Below, piece after piece: positions 35,593 to 44,974 of a stretch of DNA of 64,000 nucleotides. The notes under the pieces were generated by a model. The model searched no databases, was not told the origin of the DNA, and saw only the letters and a list, made by a program, of their open reading frames with translations. The stretch is taken from the IMG/VR virus record IMGVR_UViG_3300028840_008185, positions 254,374 to 318,373 of that record; one strand, 5' to 3'. Each line of letters opens with the position of its first letter. The stretch's first letter is position 1. The position numbers and the translations under genes are program-made.

Positions 35593-38500
35593 TTAGCTCT
35601 CGTTTTCTTTTGGCCACCCGCCAACTGGCGGCTGCCTTAGTCTTATTTCTATTACATTTTGCAATGTTGAATCCAATAAGTGCGATTCTGGCCCGGCAAC
35701 AATACCCTTACTAACCAAATCCCTTTCCGATTTGTTCAAATCCTTGAGATCTAGGCACTGACGAAGAGATAGAATTTTAACCACAGATGAACTAATTTGA
35801 TATTTTGAAATATCGTTTGGGTCGTCAGAGGCTTGCGAAGACATAGCAGACGTGGCGCCACCAAGACCATCTTTGCCAATACCCCCACTGGCAGCTCCCG
35901 GTTTGGTCGGGCTATTAAACCAGTCTGTAATATTGCTGGCCCTAGTGCTTTGGGTCGAAGAATCACCTGCAAAATATATAACATATACTCTAGAACTGTT
36001 TTGTGCATCACTTGGATCTATATCGCTTTTGGCACTAACTGCTGCGTTCTTAAGCTGCTCAAAATTCCTGACCCCATGTGAGCCGCCAAACAAATCAGTA
36101 TCGCCTTCCTCGAATTTTAGAGAGCCTAAATATGTATCTGCCCTGGCCGGCTCCCTTCTAATTCTATAGGCGCTTTGTTTGTTGCCCGAGTTGGTTAAAG
36201 CCTTTCCAATAATGTCCAGAGGAGTTGGAATATAATCTCCAGGCGGATGGCCGTATTTCAAAGTTAGAGTGGTTTTGAAATCACTTTCATATCCAATACT
36301 GTGCTGGATTCTTTCCACATAATATAGCATTTGTCTATGAGCTACATAAACAACATCACCCAATTGATAATACTCATTACCTATAACTGTAACACTTCCA
36401 GTCACAATATTTCTTCTTTGTCTGGATAGAAGCATCACAGCATATGGGGCACATTGAAGCTCTGCACTTGAAAAGTATGGGATATGAAACTCCCTATCTG
36501 CTCGCCAGCCGTATTGCCTCCATAAATCATAATCAGCACCCACGGCAACAAATTCTGGAACTCCAGCAAGATTTCCTGTGGCTCCCTCACCTATAAGTGG
36601 AAGTGTTCCTGTTACTTTAACGGTTGTTAGCTCTGGAGGTGTCTCTGTGAAGTTCGAAGTAAATATGTGCTCATCTTTGATGGTAAATCTATCCCCAGAT
36701 AAATGACCGAGATAATCTCTTGTATCATCCTCCACAAGCCTATTAAATATGTCAGAAGGGAGATTGCCTACACTTCCCAAAAGTCTTGGCTGTAGCCCGA
36801 ATTTTCCATCTGAGCTGAGCTGCCCTAGTTCAACATTTTGCTCTAGGACTCTGCCCAAAGCTTTGAGAGATTTTGCTCTCTGGCTTACCAAAGCGGATAT
36901 TTCAGAAATTTGGCTAGCTATATCGGTCGCGGGTGTTTTTTGGCCATTTTTGGAAGCCCCGACCTTCGCCTTTTCAAACTCTGGAAAGTCTCTTCTATTT
37001 TGACCTGTTAGATTCACAATTTGCTTCACCGCATTGTCATAAGCGGTTTCATCTCCAATGTTCTTATTTGTTCCACCAGCTAACAAATTGTCCTGTAAAT
37101 TCCTCTGCGCCTTGGATGAGAACAACCCTACCGAAGATTCGTCCAACTGAGTATTGATTTCTGCGCCAGCAACCAGAACCTGTAAGTTTAGGCGATCATC
37201 TGGCTCAAGCGCCGAACTTCCTTGTATGGCTTCATTAATTTGTGAGCTTACTCCGCCAGCGTCGTTAGTTAAAAATGTAACTTGATTTCCAGTAGACCCT
37301 TCTAAAAGTTGCTCAACTTGCAATACGGTGCTCTTCCCCAAGAGAGCTGCTGCCTTTCTGATTCTCCATTCGTTGAGCACAACATCTCTTAACAATGCTG
37401 TCTCACGACTCTGAAACAAAGCGCTGACGAACTTTGGAAGTAGGTCAATACCTCCCGCTTTCGATAGAGAAAGCATAGCATTCATAACCGAGGCTGGTGT
37501 TCTGTTGTATTGTGGCGGCCTAAACACAATATGGCCCTGAGTATCACAATAAAGCTCAAAGTTTAGGTTCTGGGCCACTGTTTGGCAAAGTTCCCAGACA
37601 GGAAGCCAGGATTTACCCCAAATATCAGGAGATTGCTGCATCATATTAAGAACAAAGGCTTGAATATCGTAATCTTTGTCGTATTCGTCAGAAACTATGA
37701 AATAATTGAGATCTCTGTTGGCTACTACATCCTCTCTTCTTCTAAGAGTTGAATGCGTCAGCCTATCACCAAATACTTGAAAATCATCTTCTTTTGAGAG
37801 ACTTGTTATATCAAAAGATATATCATTACCAGCTACTTGTATGATGTTAGTAGACAACTCGCTGGCGTCTTTTTGAAGTGCAGAAATTTTGCTCTCTGCC
37901 GTGCTTATTTTATCACCCAGCGCCTTGTTCTTTTTCTCCAGGGCGGCTTTCAGATTTTTATCAACAACGCTTGGTGAAGAGTTGTTTATTTTGTCAAACA
38001 AACTTGCCCTTTGGTTTCTAAGCTGAGTTAATTCAGAAGACTTACCAGAGAGTTGATACTGAATCCTAATAGCTTGTGCCAATTCAGCTGGACTCACTGT
38101 GATGCGTTTGAAGGGTGTGAAATTTCCTGTAGTTCTGATAAAGCTGCGCTGCACATCTAATAGCGAATGGAAATAATCCCGTCCACTATTTATTGTGGTG
38201 TCTGGCCTATAAGCTCCAGTATTGCTGGCTGTTTGCACAAAAGTGCTGAAGTTGTAAGGGAATCCTGTAATTAATATGCTTAAGACATTCGCGGCGTCCA
38301 AACTTTCAAATGGTTTATTAGAAGCAAAAAACCCTATTTCTCTGGTAAGTTGTCTCACGTTCACGTTGCCCTTATTTAGTGGATCGCCAAAGGACATGTT
38401 ATACACGCCGGTCATTATGCCATCTTTCCATTTATACAAAAGGCCAGGAGCGTGTTGATACTTGTTTATTGTGGTTCCACCCATCAATTGTATGTCTTGC

Positions 38501-40347
38501 TTCATAGCATCAATATTCTCAAAGGGAGATCCTACTTTTGGCCCTGAATTAAAATACAACTTGCAGTCGCCGCCAGATAGTTTGTTCTTATTCGCAGTGC
38601 TTAGATCTGGAATTCCAGTGGGCAACCCAGTAGCATCATCGGTCTTGAAATCAAATGGCGTTAGCGGATCGAAGATAAACCCAAGTGGGTTCTGCTCCAA
38701 AGAAGGCTCCTGGTTGAATCTCGTAAGTTTAAGCCACTCAAGGTTAGAACTGCAATTAACGCTTAGTGTGAACTTGCCGCTGCTTGCGTCAAAGTTGTCG
38801 CTCACGCTTTTGATGAGACCGCCAAATACGTGAGTTGCATTGTCGGTGGAGAACTGCATGGTTCTCAGTTTCTTGAAATCTTCAAACCTAAGATGCTGCC
38901 CCTCTCTTTTCCACTCCTCTTTAATCAATGCTTCGTCTGGTCTATTACCCCTCTCGCTTAGGCCAAGCAATCTACCAATATCTTTGGGAAAGTCTTTAAG
39001 CTGATCGTATTCTGGATCCTCTCCCTCGCCGCTTTTCCTTGTGCCACCACACAAAAACACATTTATGCTATCCATTGGTTGGATTATTGATTTGCCCAGA
39101 TGAAACTTGCGCATTACTTTTCTTGCATATTGCATCTGGCTCGCAAGCTCGCCCTTGGTATTCATATTGGAGAATCCACCCAACAAGTTCTTTTGCATAG
39201 CGGCCCCATAGGTTTGCAGGCTACTCAAAACAGATTTGAACAAGGCCTCTTCATTGTCATCCAGATCCTGGCCATCAGGAACGTCATCCAAATTTTCTTC
39301 GTTAATCTCAAGACCTATGGCGTCTATGATGGCCGTTACGCCGCTGCTTCCGCCCACACCAAGCGTAAAGCTAATCTCACTTCTGCCCCGACTAAGCCTG
39401 GCTTGAGACAGCCGTTGATCGTTCTTCTGAGCAGTAGACAGGGCCAAGGAAGCAGCAGAACTCAAAGCATCGACAAGACCAGACAGAGCCGTATCTCTAA
39501 GTGACGCCTCAATATCTTCCTCGGTTACTATTAGAATTCTATAAGGATCTTCGATGTTGAAATTGCAAGTTCCATCCCCACTCAGGCTTAGATCTGTGCT
39601 CAAAGAGCTGATGGCCGTAATCTCAAACACTCCTTGACCAATCCCAAGCTCTTCCAAAATCGGTAGTGAGGGATCTGAAAAGTAGGTAGTAACTTTGACT
39701 GGCTGCCTGTCTCTAAGCGCCTTTTCAAAAGCTGCTGCCTGGGTAAAAGCATCAACGAATTCTCCTTCTGCTCCTGTGCCTCCACTTAAAATTCCATCTT
39801 CGGCAGCGTTAGTTATTAGGCTACTAAGAATTGCCGCTGGGCTCGCTCCCAACTGGGCAAGCCTGTCTATTTTTGTAAGCCTCTCATAGTCGGCCATAAC
39901 CGCACATTTGCGTGCAAGCAGCCGCTTGGTGGCTCTAAAGAGCCATTTTTCAGCGGGATCCATCCACTTAGGATCATATAAGTGTTGCAACGAAGAGAAA
40001 GTTCTTTTCTTTATTAGGACAGTAATGTTCGGTGTTTGTGTGTAGATTTGACGAACGTTGGCCTCTTCAAGTGGGGGGACTTTACCACCTTGTATGCCGC
40101 CACCTATGATTGTCCGCTTGCCGCTCTCGACGTAGTTTGGATCAAACTTGGAACCTGAAGACCTTCCCAAAACACTATTCAACACATCATTCATTTTTCC
40201 TTGCAAGGCTTTTATGTCAGAAGTGATTTTGCTGGTTCCACCTGGTTGTGGAAAGCCCGGAATACCGAGAGCATCGCCAAACTCACCGAGGATGCTTTGC
40301 GTAGTTGGATTGGATAGGTCAGCTTGCGTGGATAAAATAATCGCCAT
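35593..40347 (-). CDS. Baseplate hub (gp27/gpD-like) with large insertions
   Basis: FELYCDTQGHIVFRPPQYN and GSVTVIGNEYYQLGDVVYV...YYVERIQHSI...FKTTLTLKYG are gpD-like. Lies between the tube initiator and the spike. Confidence 0.75.
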   Translation of the reverse strand: MAIILSTQADLSNPTTQSILGEFGDALGIPGFPQPGGTSKITSDIKALQGKMNDVLNSVLGRSSGSKFDPNYVESGKRTIIGGGIQGGKVPPLEEANVRQIYTQTPNITVLIKKRTFSSLQHLYDPKWMDPAEKWLFRATKRLLARKCAVMADYERLTKIDRLAQLGASPAAILSSLITNAAEDGILSGGTGAEGEFVDAFTQAAAFEKALRDRQPVKVTTYFSDPSLPILEELGIGQGVFEITAISSLSTDLSLSGDGTCNFNIEDPYRILIVTEEDIEASLRDTALSGLVDALSSAASLALSTAQKNDQRLSQARLSRGRSEISFTLGVGGSSGVTAIIDAIGLEINEENLDDVPDGQDLDDNEEALFKSVLSSLQTYGAAMQKNLLGGFSNMNTKGELASQMQYARKVMRKFHLGKSIIQPMDSINVFLCGGTRKSGEGEDPEYDQLKDFPKDIGRLLGLSERGNRPDEALIKEEWKREGQHLRFEDFKKLRTMQFSTDNATHVFGGLIKSVSDNFDASSGKFTLSVNCSSNLEWLKLTRFNQEPSLEQNPLGFIFDPLTPFDFKTDDATGLPTGIPDLSTANKNKLSGGDCKLYFNSGPKVGSPFENIDAMKQDIQLMGGTTINKYQHAPGLLYKWKDGIMTGVYNMSFGDPLNKGNVNVRQLTREIGFFASNKPFESLDAANVLSILITGFPYNFSTFVQTASNTGAYRPDTTINSGRDYFHSLLDVQRSFIRTTGNFTPFKRITVSPAELAQAIRIQYQLSGKSSELTQLRNQRASLFDKINNSSPSVVDKNLKAALEKKNKALGDKISTAESKISALQKDASELSTNIIQVAGNDISFDITSLSKEDDFQVFGDRLTHSTLRRREDVVANRDLNYFIVSDEYDKDYDIQAFVLNMMQQSPDIWGKSWLPVWELCQTVAQNLNFELYCDTQGHIVFRPPQYNRTPASVMNAMLSLSKAGGIDLLPKFVSALFQSRETALLRDVVLNEWRIRKAAALLGKSTVLQVEQLLEGSTGNQVTFLTNDAGGVSSQINEAIQGSSALEPDDRLNLQVLVAGAEINTQLDESSVGLFSSKAQRNLQDNLLAGGTNKNIGDETAYDNAVKQIVNLTGQNRRDFPEFEKAKVGASKNGQKTPATDIASQISEISALVSQRAKSLKALGRVLEQNVELGQLSSDGKFGLQPRLLGSVGNLPSDIFNRLVEDDTRDYLGHLSGDRFTIKDEHIFTSNFTETPPELTTVKVTGTLPLIGEGATGNLAGVPEFVAVGADYDLWRQYGWRADREFHIPYFSSAELQCAPYAVMLLSRQRRNIVTGSVTVIGNEYYQLGDVVYVAHRQMLYYVERIQHSIGYESDFKTTLTLKYGHPPGDYIPTPLDIIGKALTNSGNKQSAYRIRREPARADTYLGSLKFEEGDTDLFGGSHGVRNFEQLKNAAVSAKSDIDPSDAQNSSRVYVIYFAGDSSTQSTRASNITDWFNSPTKPGAASGGIGKDGLGGATSAMSSQASDDPNDISKYQISSSVVKILSLRQCLDLKDLNKSERDLVSKGIVAGPESHLLDSTLQNVIEIRLRQPPVGGWPKENES

Positions 40348-40349
40348 TT

Positions 40350-41186
40350 TTATTCTTTTTCCCCTTTAAAATTGAGCGGCGTGCTTGCGGTGTCTGCCTT
40401 ATTATAACCAGTTGGATTTCCAGAGGCTGCATCGAAAGTGGCCGGTGAACGGTGCCATGGCATGAAGTTGCTTCTGACTCCTCTTCTGTCAGTTACTATA
40501 AATTCCATAGTGTAGTTAAACACTCCCACTCCATTTGAAACTTCCTCTCTAACTTCAAATGATTGAAAATATCCCTTAAATATCCAGCCCTGAAAATATA
40601 GCTCCACGGCGACAGCCAGGGAGCCAAGTGTGGGAAGCAGTGGTGGATTTGCTGAACCACCGGTCAGAGTGCTTAGTAAAGTGCTTCCTACAGCGCCTAT
40701 GCTCCCTTGGTTGGCATCCTGAATAAGACCACTGATAAAACCTCCGGTAGTGACTTCGTTAAGCCTATCAGCTAGAGTTTTTTCTACTTGTTGGAAAGCA
40801 TCTTGTTCAGCCCTATATACTTTGCGCAGAACATTAATGCCTTCGATTCCAGAGGCCCCAGTGCTCCCACCAATAGAAACAGTAATAAGTTCCTCTCCCC
40901 AATACTGTATGACGTAGCCACCCTTTGTTCTCTGCTTTTGAATTACCTTGGCTTCTCTAATATTCATATTCTGCGGGTTGATATACATATCCACAAAGCC
41001 CAGACCAGGCACTCGCCAACGAATAAGTTGCCGATTTCTTCTACCCAAAGGGGTTAGTGGGTTGGAGCTGATAATATCTGGAACTCTTGCTGGCCCCTCT
41101 CTAGATACGGGGTCTCTAAGCTCTTTGTTGTTTAGTGGGTCGGCTGACGGATCATTTTGAACCTTGTTGAAAATATCCCTTACCAT
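40350..41186 (-). CDS. Tail tube initiator-like baseplate protein
   Basis: MYINPQNMNI...QRTKGGYVIQYWGEELITVSIGGSTG...FKGYFQSFEVRE..FNYTMEF; directly after the tape measure. Confidence 0.78.
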   Translation of the reverse strand: MVRDIFNKVQNDPSADPLNNKELRDPVSREGPARVPDIISSNPLTPLGRRNRQLIRWRVPGLGFVDMYINPQNMNIREAKVIQKQRTKGGYVIQYWGEELITVSIGGSTGASGIEGINVLRKVYRAEQDAFQQVEKTLADRLNEVTTGGFISGLIQDANQGSIGAVGSTLLSTLTGGSANPPLLPTLGSLAVAVELYFQGWIFKGYFQSFEVREEVSNGVGVFNYTMEFIVTDRRGVRSNFMPWHRSPATFDAASGNPTGYNKADTASTPLNFKGEKE

Positions 41187-43289
41187 TTACTCCTGCCTCC
41201 CTAAAGTCATTTTGTAGGACTGTTCTTGAATCTGCTGCGCTCCCTCACCACCAATAATTCTAATAAGGAGAGTATTGGTAGTTCCTCCAGCTTCCTCGGT
41301 TGTAGGAGGTGTTGCACTTGGGCCGCCACGAGCAGCTGCGCCAGTAGGACGTGTCTGCACCTCCAGCCAGTTTTCAAATGAAATATCTTTAATTTGCTGG
41401 AGCAGCCGAATTTTTCTCGCATCGCCAGAGCGAACCGTGGTTGTTAATGCTCTAAATGTAGGTGCTGCTGGGGCTCTTCCCGCAACTCTGGCTCTTAATG
41501 TTGGTCTTCTTGGGGCTCTTTGAGCTGCTCTGGCTCTTAATGTAGGTCTTGCTGGGGCTCTTTGAGCCGCTCTTCTTGTGGCTCCTGGCACTCCTGGGCC
41601 TTCTCTTATGCCTCTCATAACTCTTCTAAACGAATCAGTTATGCTCTCTCGTGGTCTAGCCACTCGTGTAGGAAGCGCCCTTCTAGGAAAAGCTGGAACA
41701 TCACGACCAATCAATCTTGTCAGTCCAGACATCCACATGCCAGTTTGTCTTAAGCTCCTGCCAGTCTCCGTTTCTGCTGCACCTCGGGCTATTTGTCCCA
41801 TGCCTGTTACTCTGTCAGGTTGCTCACGAAGCGCCTCATCTATTTTTTCGATACCCTCGTCCATGCCCTCTCCGCCAACCATAGCTCTTAGATGCTGCTC
41901 CATGCGTTGTAGGGTTGTAAGCGACCTTTCCTGAATGCTTTTGCCAGTATCAAATGCTCTTTTCATAGCGTCAGTGCCTTCCACTTGAGACATGCCGCCA
42001 CTCTGCACTTTGTTCAATACTTCAAGTATTCTATTTTGCTGCTCAGCAGTTCCCTGAATTCCAAGCTTACCAAGCATCTGCCTCTGCAAAAGGAACTGTT
42101 GCTCCATGCCAGGCTGCCTTACTGCTTGCTCCAGAGTAATAATTCTACCTCCACCAAACCTAGAAAGAGTTCGCGTCAGGTCTTGAAGCTGCCTATTCAT
42201 TCCACCAGGCTGCCTCATCTCAAGCTCCATCCTTAATGCACCGGCCAAGGCTCCTCGTCCACCACCTCTGCCGCCCATCATTGAAACAAACGCACGTTGC
42301 TGGACGCTCATTTTTGCTATTCCGCTGGTTACTTGGTTTACTATACCACCGATTTCTTTGATTGGAACACCACCACTTCTCAAAGCAGTCGTGAAGGTTC
42401 GCCATACAGTAGCCGCGCTTGCAGCACCTCTGCCAAAAATAGCTAGGCTGTTGCTAGCTCGCATTATCTGTTCAGTGGCTGTCTTCGTATCCACTCCAGT
42501 ATCTTCCGCCGCAGCAGCCATTTTCCCCATTGCTCTAACAGTTTCGGGGATTCTTTGACCAAAATTTGTCCAGGATCTTGCGGCCATACGACCAGCTTCG
42601 CTAGAACTGAAGCCCATGCCTCTCATAGCAGTTGCTAGAACTGCTGTAGGTTGAACTGATGCTGTAGCTATACTTCCAAGCTCTTTAAACTCGCCTCTAG
42701 TCGCTATTAGAGCCCCTGGAACTATCCTGGCTTGTTTGTTCATATCGTCTAGCTGTTTGGTGGTAATCCCAAAAGCCGAGGCCATTCTACGCAGAGTTTG
42801 AGGATATGGGGTCGCTGCCGCCATGGTGTCTTTCACAGTTCCACCAAACAAGGCTGAAGCCTCACGGGCAGTCATCTGGGCTGTGCGCAGAGCCAATATA
42901 GCTTGGTTTGCTGGACCCAACACTTTTCCATAATTACCAAGTGTTCCCAATGGATCAGCTAATCGTCGGCCAAGCTGAGTAGTCATTCCGAGGACGGGAA
43001 CGATATTGCCAACCAACCTCTTGAACATACCTCCAACAGCATCGCCCACACCCTGCAAAGGACCAAGACTTGTAGTGAGACTGGAGGCGACTCTATTACT
43101 CGCCGCCAAAGCCTGGTTTGTCCCAGCAGCGGCTTGGGCAGTCCCACCAAAAGCAGTGCTCAAGCCACCAAAGGCTATTCCCAACTCGGCAGCTTTGGCC
43201 TTCAGATCGTCCATGGTAATCAAACCACTTTGAAGATCTGTAAGCGCCTGCTTCATTTCAGCTATTTTGGTGGGATCAATTTCAGCCAT
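41187..43289 (-). CDS. Tape measure protein (short, 700 aa)
   Basis: Ala/Gly/Met-rich helical protein immediately after the frameshifting chaperone pair. Confidence 0.8.
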   Translation of the reverse strand: MAEIDPTKIAEMKQALTDLQSGLITMDDLKAKAAELGIAFGGLSTAFGGTAQAAAGTNQALAASNRVASSLTTSLGPLQGVGDAVGGMFKRLVGNIVPVLGMTTQLGRRLADPLGTLGNYGKVLGPANQAILALRTAQMTAREASALFGGTVKDTMAAATPYPQTLRRMASAFGITTKQLDDMNKQARIVPGALIATRGEFKELGSIATASVQPTAVLATAMRGMGFSSSEAGRMAARSWTNFGQRIPETVRAMGKMAAAAEDTGVDTKTATEQIMRASNSLAIFGRGAASAATVWRTFTTALRSGGVPIKEIGGIVNQVTSGIAKMSVQQRAFVSMMGGRGGGRGALAGALRMELEMRQPGGMNRQLQDLTRTLSRFGGGRIITLEQAVRQPGMEQQFLLQRQMLGKLGIQGTAEQQNRILEVLNKVQSGGMSQVEGTDAMKRAFDTGKSIQERSLTTLQRMEQHLRAMVGGEGMDEGIEKIDEALREQPDRVTGMGQIARGAAETETGRSLRQTGMWMSGLTRLIGRDVPAFPRRALPTRVARPRESITDSFRRVMRGIREGPGVPGATRRAAQRAPARPTLRARAAQRAPRRPTLRARVAGRAPAAPTFRALTTTVRSGDARKIRLLQQIKDISFENWLEVQTRPTGAAARGGPSATPPTTEEAGGTTNTLLIRIIGGEGAQQIQEQSYKMTLGRQE
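41448..41573 (-). repeat. 3 x 42-nt coding tandem repeat in the tape measure C-terminus
   Basis: RAAQRAPARPTLRA / RAAQRAPRRPTLRA / RVAGRAPAAPTFRA. Confidence 0.9.
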
Positions 43290-43301
43290 TTACTAGAAAC
43301 C

Positions 43302-43715
43302 TCACATAGGAGTAAATTTAATATCGTCCAAATCCATATTCAAATAAGGATTAAGCTTCAATCTTTCCTGTTCTTTCAGCAATTCCACAGGATCCATTTC
43401 CTGTCTATCTTCTTCTCCGGGAAGTTCTCTGCCAAACATTTGCTTAACTATGTGGCCGAAGTCTTCGTCTCCTGTCTTGTATGTATTATCTCTTGCGTCC
43501 CTTACTTCTTGGACACCTTCAGGATTGGAGAACATAGCGTTATATTCAGCAACGTCCCTCATAAACTCGTGCTTTTCTTTTTGGTCTTCAATAACCTGAG
43601 CCTGATACCAAGCCCATTGACTTTCGTTAATGTCTCTAAACATTTCGTGATCTACAGGCACCCGAAACGTTTTGCACAGTTGCCACCGGAGCCGGTGCCA
43701 TTGCTCCGTGGCTAG
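43302..43715 (-). CDS. Tail assembly chaperone, frameshifted (T) portion
   Basis: The -1 frame is open from 43715 (LATEQWHRLRWQLCKTFRVPVDHEMF...) and in frame with track ORF 43302-43661, which has only a GTG start and no evident RBS. Confidence 0.8.
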   Translation of the reverse strand, partial: LATEQWHRLRWQLCKTFRVPVDHEMFRDINESQWAWYQAQVIEDQKEKHEFMRDVAEYNAMFSNPEGVQEVRDARDNTYKTGDEDFGHIVKQMFGRELPGEEDRQEMDPVELLKEQERLKLNPYLNMDLDDIKFTPM

Positions 43716-43721
43716 TTTTTT
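43682..43721 (-). promoter_or_regulatory. Programmed -1 frameshift signal (A_AAA_AAC at 43721-43715 plus downstream hairpin)
   Basis: Canonical X_XXY_YYZ heptamer in frame just before the stop. Stem GCCAC-GGAGC/GCTCC-G-GTGGC at 43712-43682. Confidence 0.85.
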
Positions 43722-44170
43722 ACTTCTTCCGCAGCATATTGTTCATCGCACCGTTTGGTAATTTCATCATAAAATTCGATCAATTTTCCAAGAACGGGAC
43801 TCTGCATGCTAGCGAGTATCTCCATTTTCTTAGTGATGGGATCCCCTTCTGGCTCGGGATGCATGGTTTCCAAAGAAACACCATTAGCAGATATTATTGA
43901 GCTTGCCAACACCCTAATGTTAAACTCAAATAGTTCTTTAGCGTCTGGAGTTTCTTTATTCAATAGAATCTGAGAAATATCCAGTTTCTCTTTCTCACCA
44001 AGACTCCTCATAACAAAGGTCGTCCCGGCAATCTCTACCGAATCTTTTACACACCCCAGCTCAATAAGAGATCTGAGGTCAGCCACTCTGGGCTCCTCTT
44101 TTGGTTCTTCTTTCTTTTGTGCTTGGCTTGGATTGGAATTTCCAAAGACATTGTGCTTCAAATCTGTCAT
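43712..44170 (-). CDS. Tail assembly chaperone (G-like)
   Basis: Lies between tube and tape measure; ends GTA AAA AAC TAG; GAGGTG RBS. Confidence 0.82.
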   Translation of the reverse strand: MTDLKHNVFGNSNPSQAQKKEEPKEEPRVADLRSLIELGCVKDSVEIAGTTFVMRSLGEKEKLDISQILLNKETPDAKELFEFNIRVLASSIISANGVSLETMHPEPEGDPITKKMEILASMQSPVLGKLIEFYDEITKRCDEQYAAEEVKN

Positions 44171-44266
44171 TACACACCTCTTCTAGTATTTGCCGAACGG
44201 CAGGTTATATTGTGAATCAAATAACATAAAGGTAGGATAGTTTTCATCTTAGGTTTAAAGGGAGGG

Positions 44267-44296
44267 AAAACGGCGGGGAGAAAAATCTCCCCGCCG
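44267..44296 (-). terminator. Intrinsic terminator after the tube genes
   Basis: Perfect 10-bp stem CGGCGGGGAG/CTCCCCGCCG with 6-nt loop, followed by TTTT on the minus strand. Confidence 0.85.
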
Positions 44297-44311
44297 GATA
44301 CTAACACATTC

Positions 44312-44947
44312 TTACGCGTTTTCTGTAAATGTCTGGTTAATCAGGTCGGCAACATCCAGAGTTCCTCTGAATCCGCCACCACCACCGGAACCACCGGAGC
44401 CACGGTCAGTAGCACGCTCACGTTCGTTAATCTGGAAGTTAATCCCACGAGCGCCGCCCTGAGCAGCGTTGGCCTCACTGCCACCAACGGTAGAGATAAT
44501 GTCTTCACAGTATATAGTGGCCTCTTCTTGAATGATGTAGTTCTCAGATCTATAAGCTGGGTTGTAACTGTTAAACCAGCAGTTGACCAACTTATGTGTT
44601 ACAGCTCCCTCATTTTCACCATTCGTTCTGTCGATGATTTCAATATCGAACGGAACGAGCTGAGATTTAATGTTGATGAAACCCCTGGCAAAAGCCTCAG
44701 GTAGCCTTAGTCTATCGAACACAATACGAGTCACTCTAACCTCATATGTAGTGGCCTGGTTGGGGACAAGTTCCAAGACGCCATCGAGTCCAACTTCTCT
44801 AACTCTCTCTATGTTTCTAGTTTGAGTGATAGCTAGATTTTGGATTGCTCCAACAGTCTCAGTCCCAACCTTTACGATTATTTGAGTGCTCAGGCCTGTG
44901 CTAATGCTACTGGTTAGCGTTGAACCTGAAGTTGGGTAGGTAGCCAT
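44312..44947 (-). CDS. Tail tube protein, paralog 2
   Basis: IIVKVGTETVGAIQNL..Q.R.I.RVREVG...VTRIVFD...KLVNCWF..Y; follows the sheath gene. Confidence 0.85.
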   Translation of the reverse strand: MATYPTSGSTLTSSISTGLSTQIIVKVGTETVGAIQNLAITQTRNIERVREVGLDGVLELVPNQATTYEVRVTRIVFDRLRLPEAFARGFINIKSQLVPFDIEIIDRTNGENEGAVTHKLVNCWFNSYNPAYRSENYIIQEEATIYCEDIISTVGGSEANAAQGGARGINFQINERERATDRGSGGSGGGGGFRGTLDVADLINQTFTENA

Positions 44948-44974
44948 ATTATTTGTTCCTCCAAAGAGTTTTTA

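Noticed and set aside
44186-44202. Small TGCC-GTTC-GGCA hairpin upstream of the chaperone gene as an ncRNA element
   Set aside because: Only a 4-bp stem; cannot be distinguished from chance.
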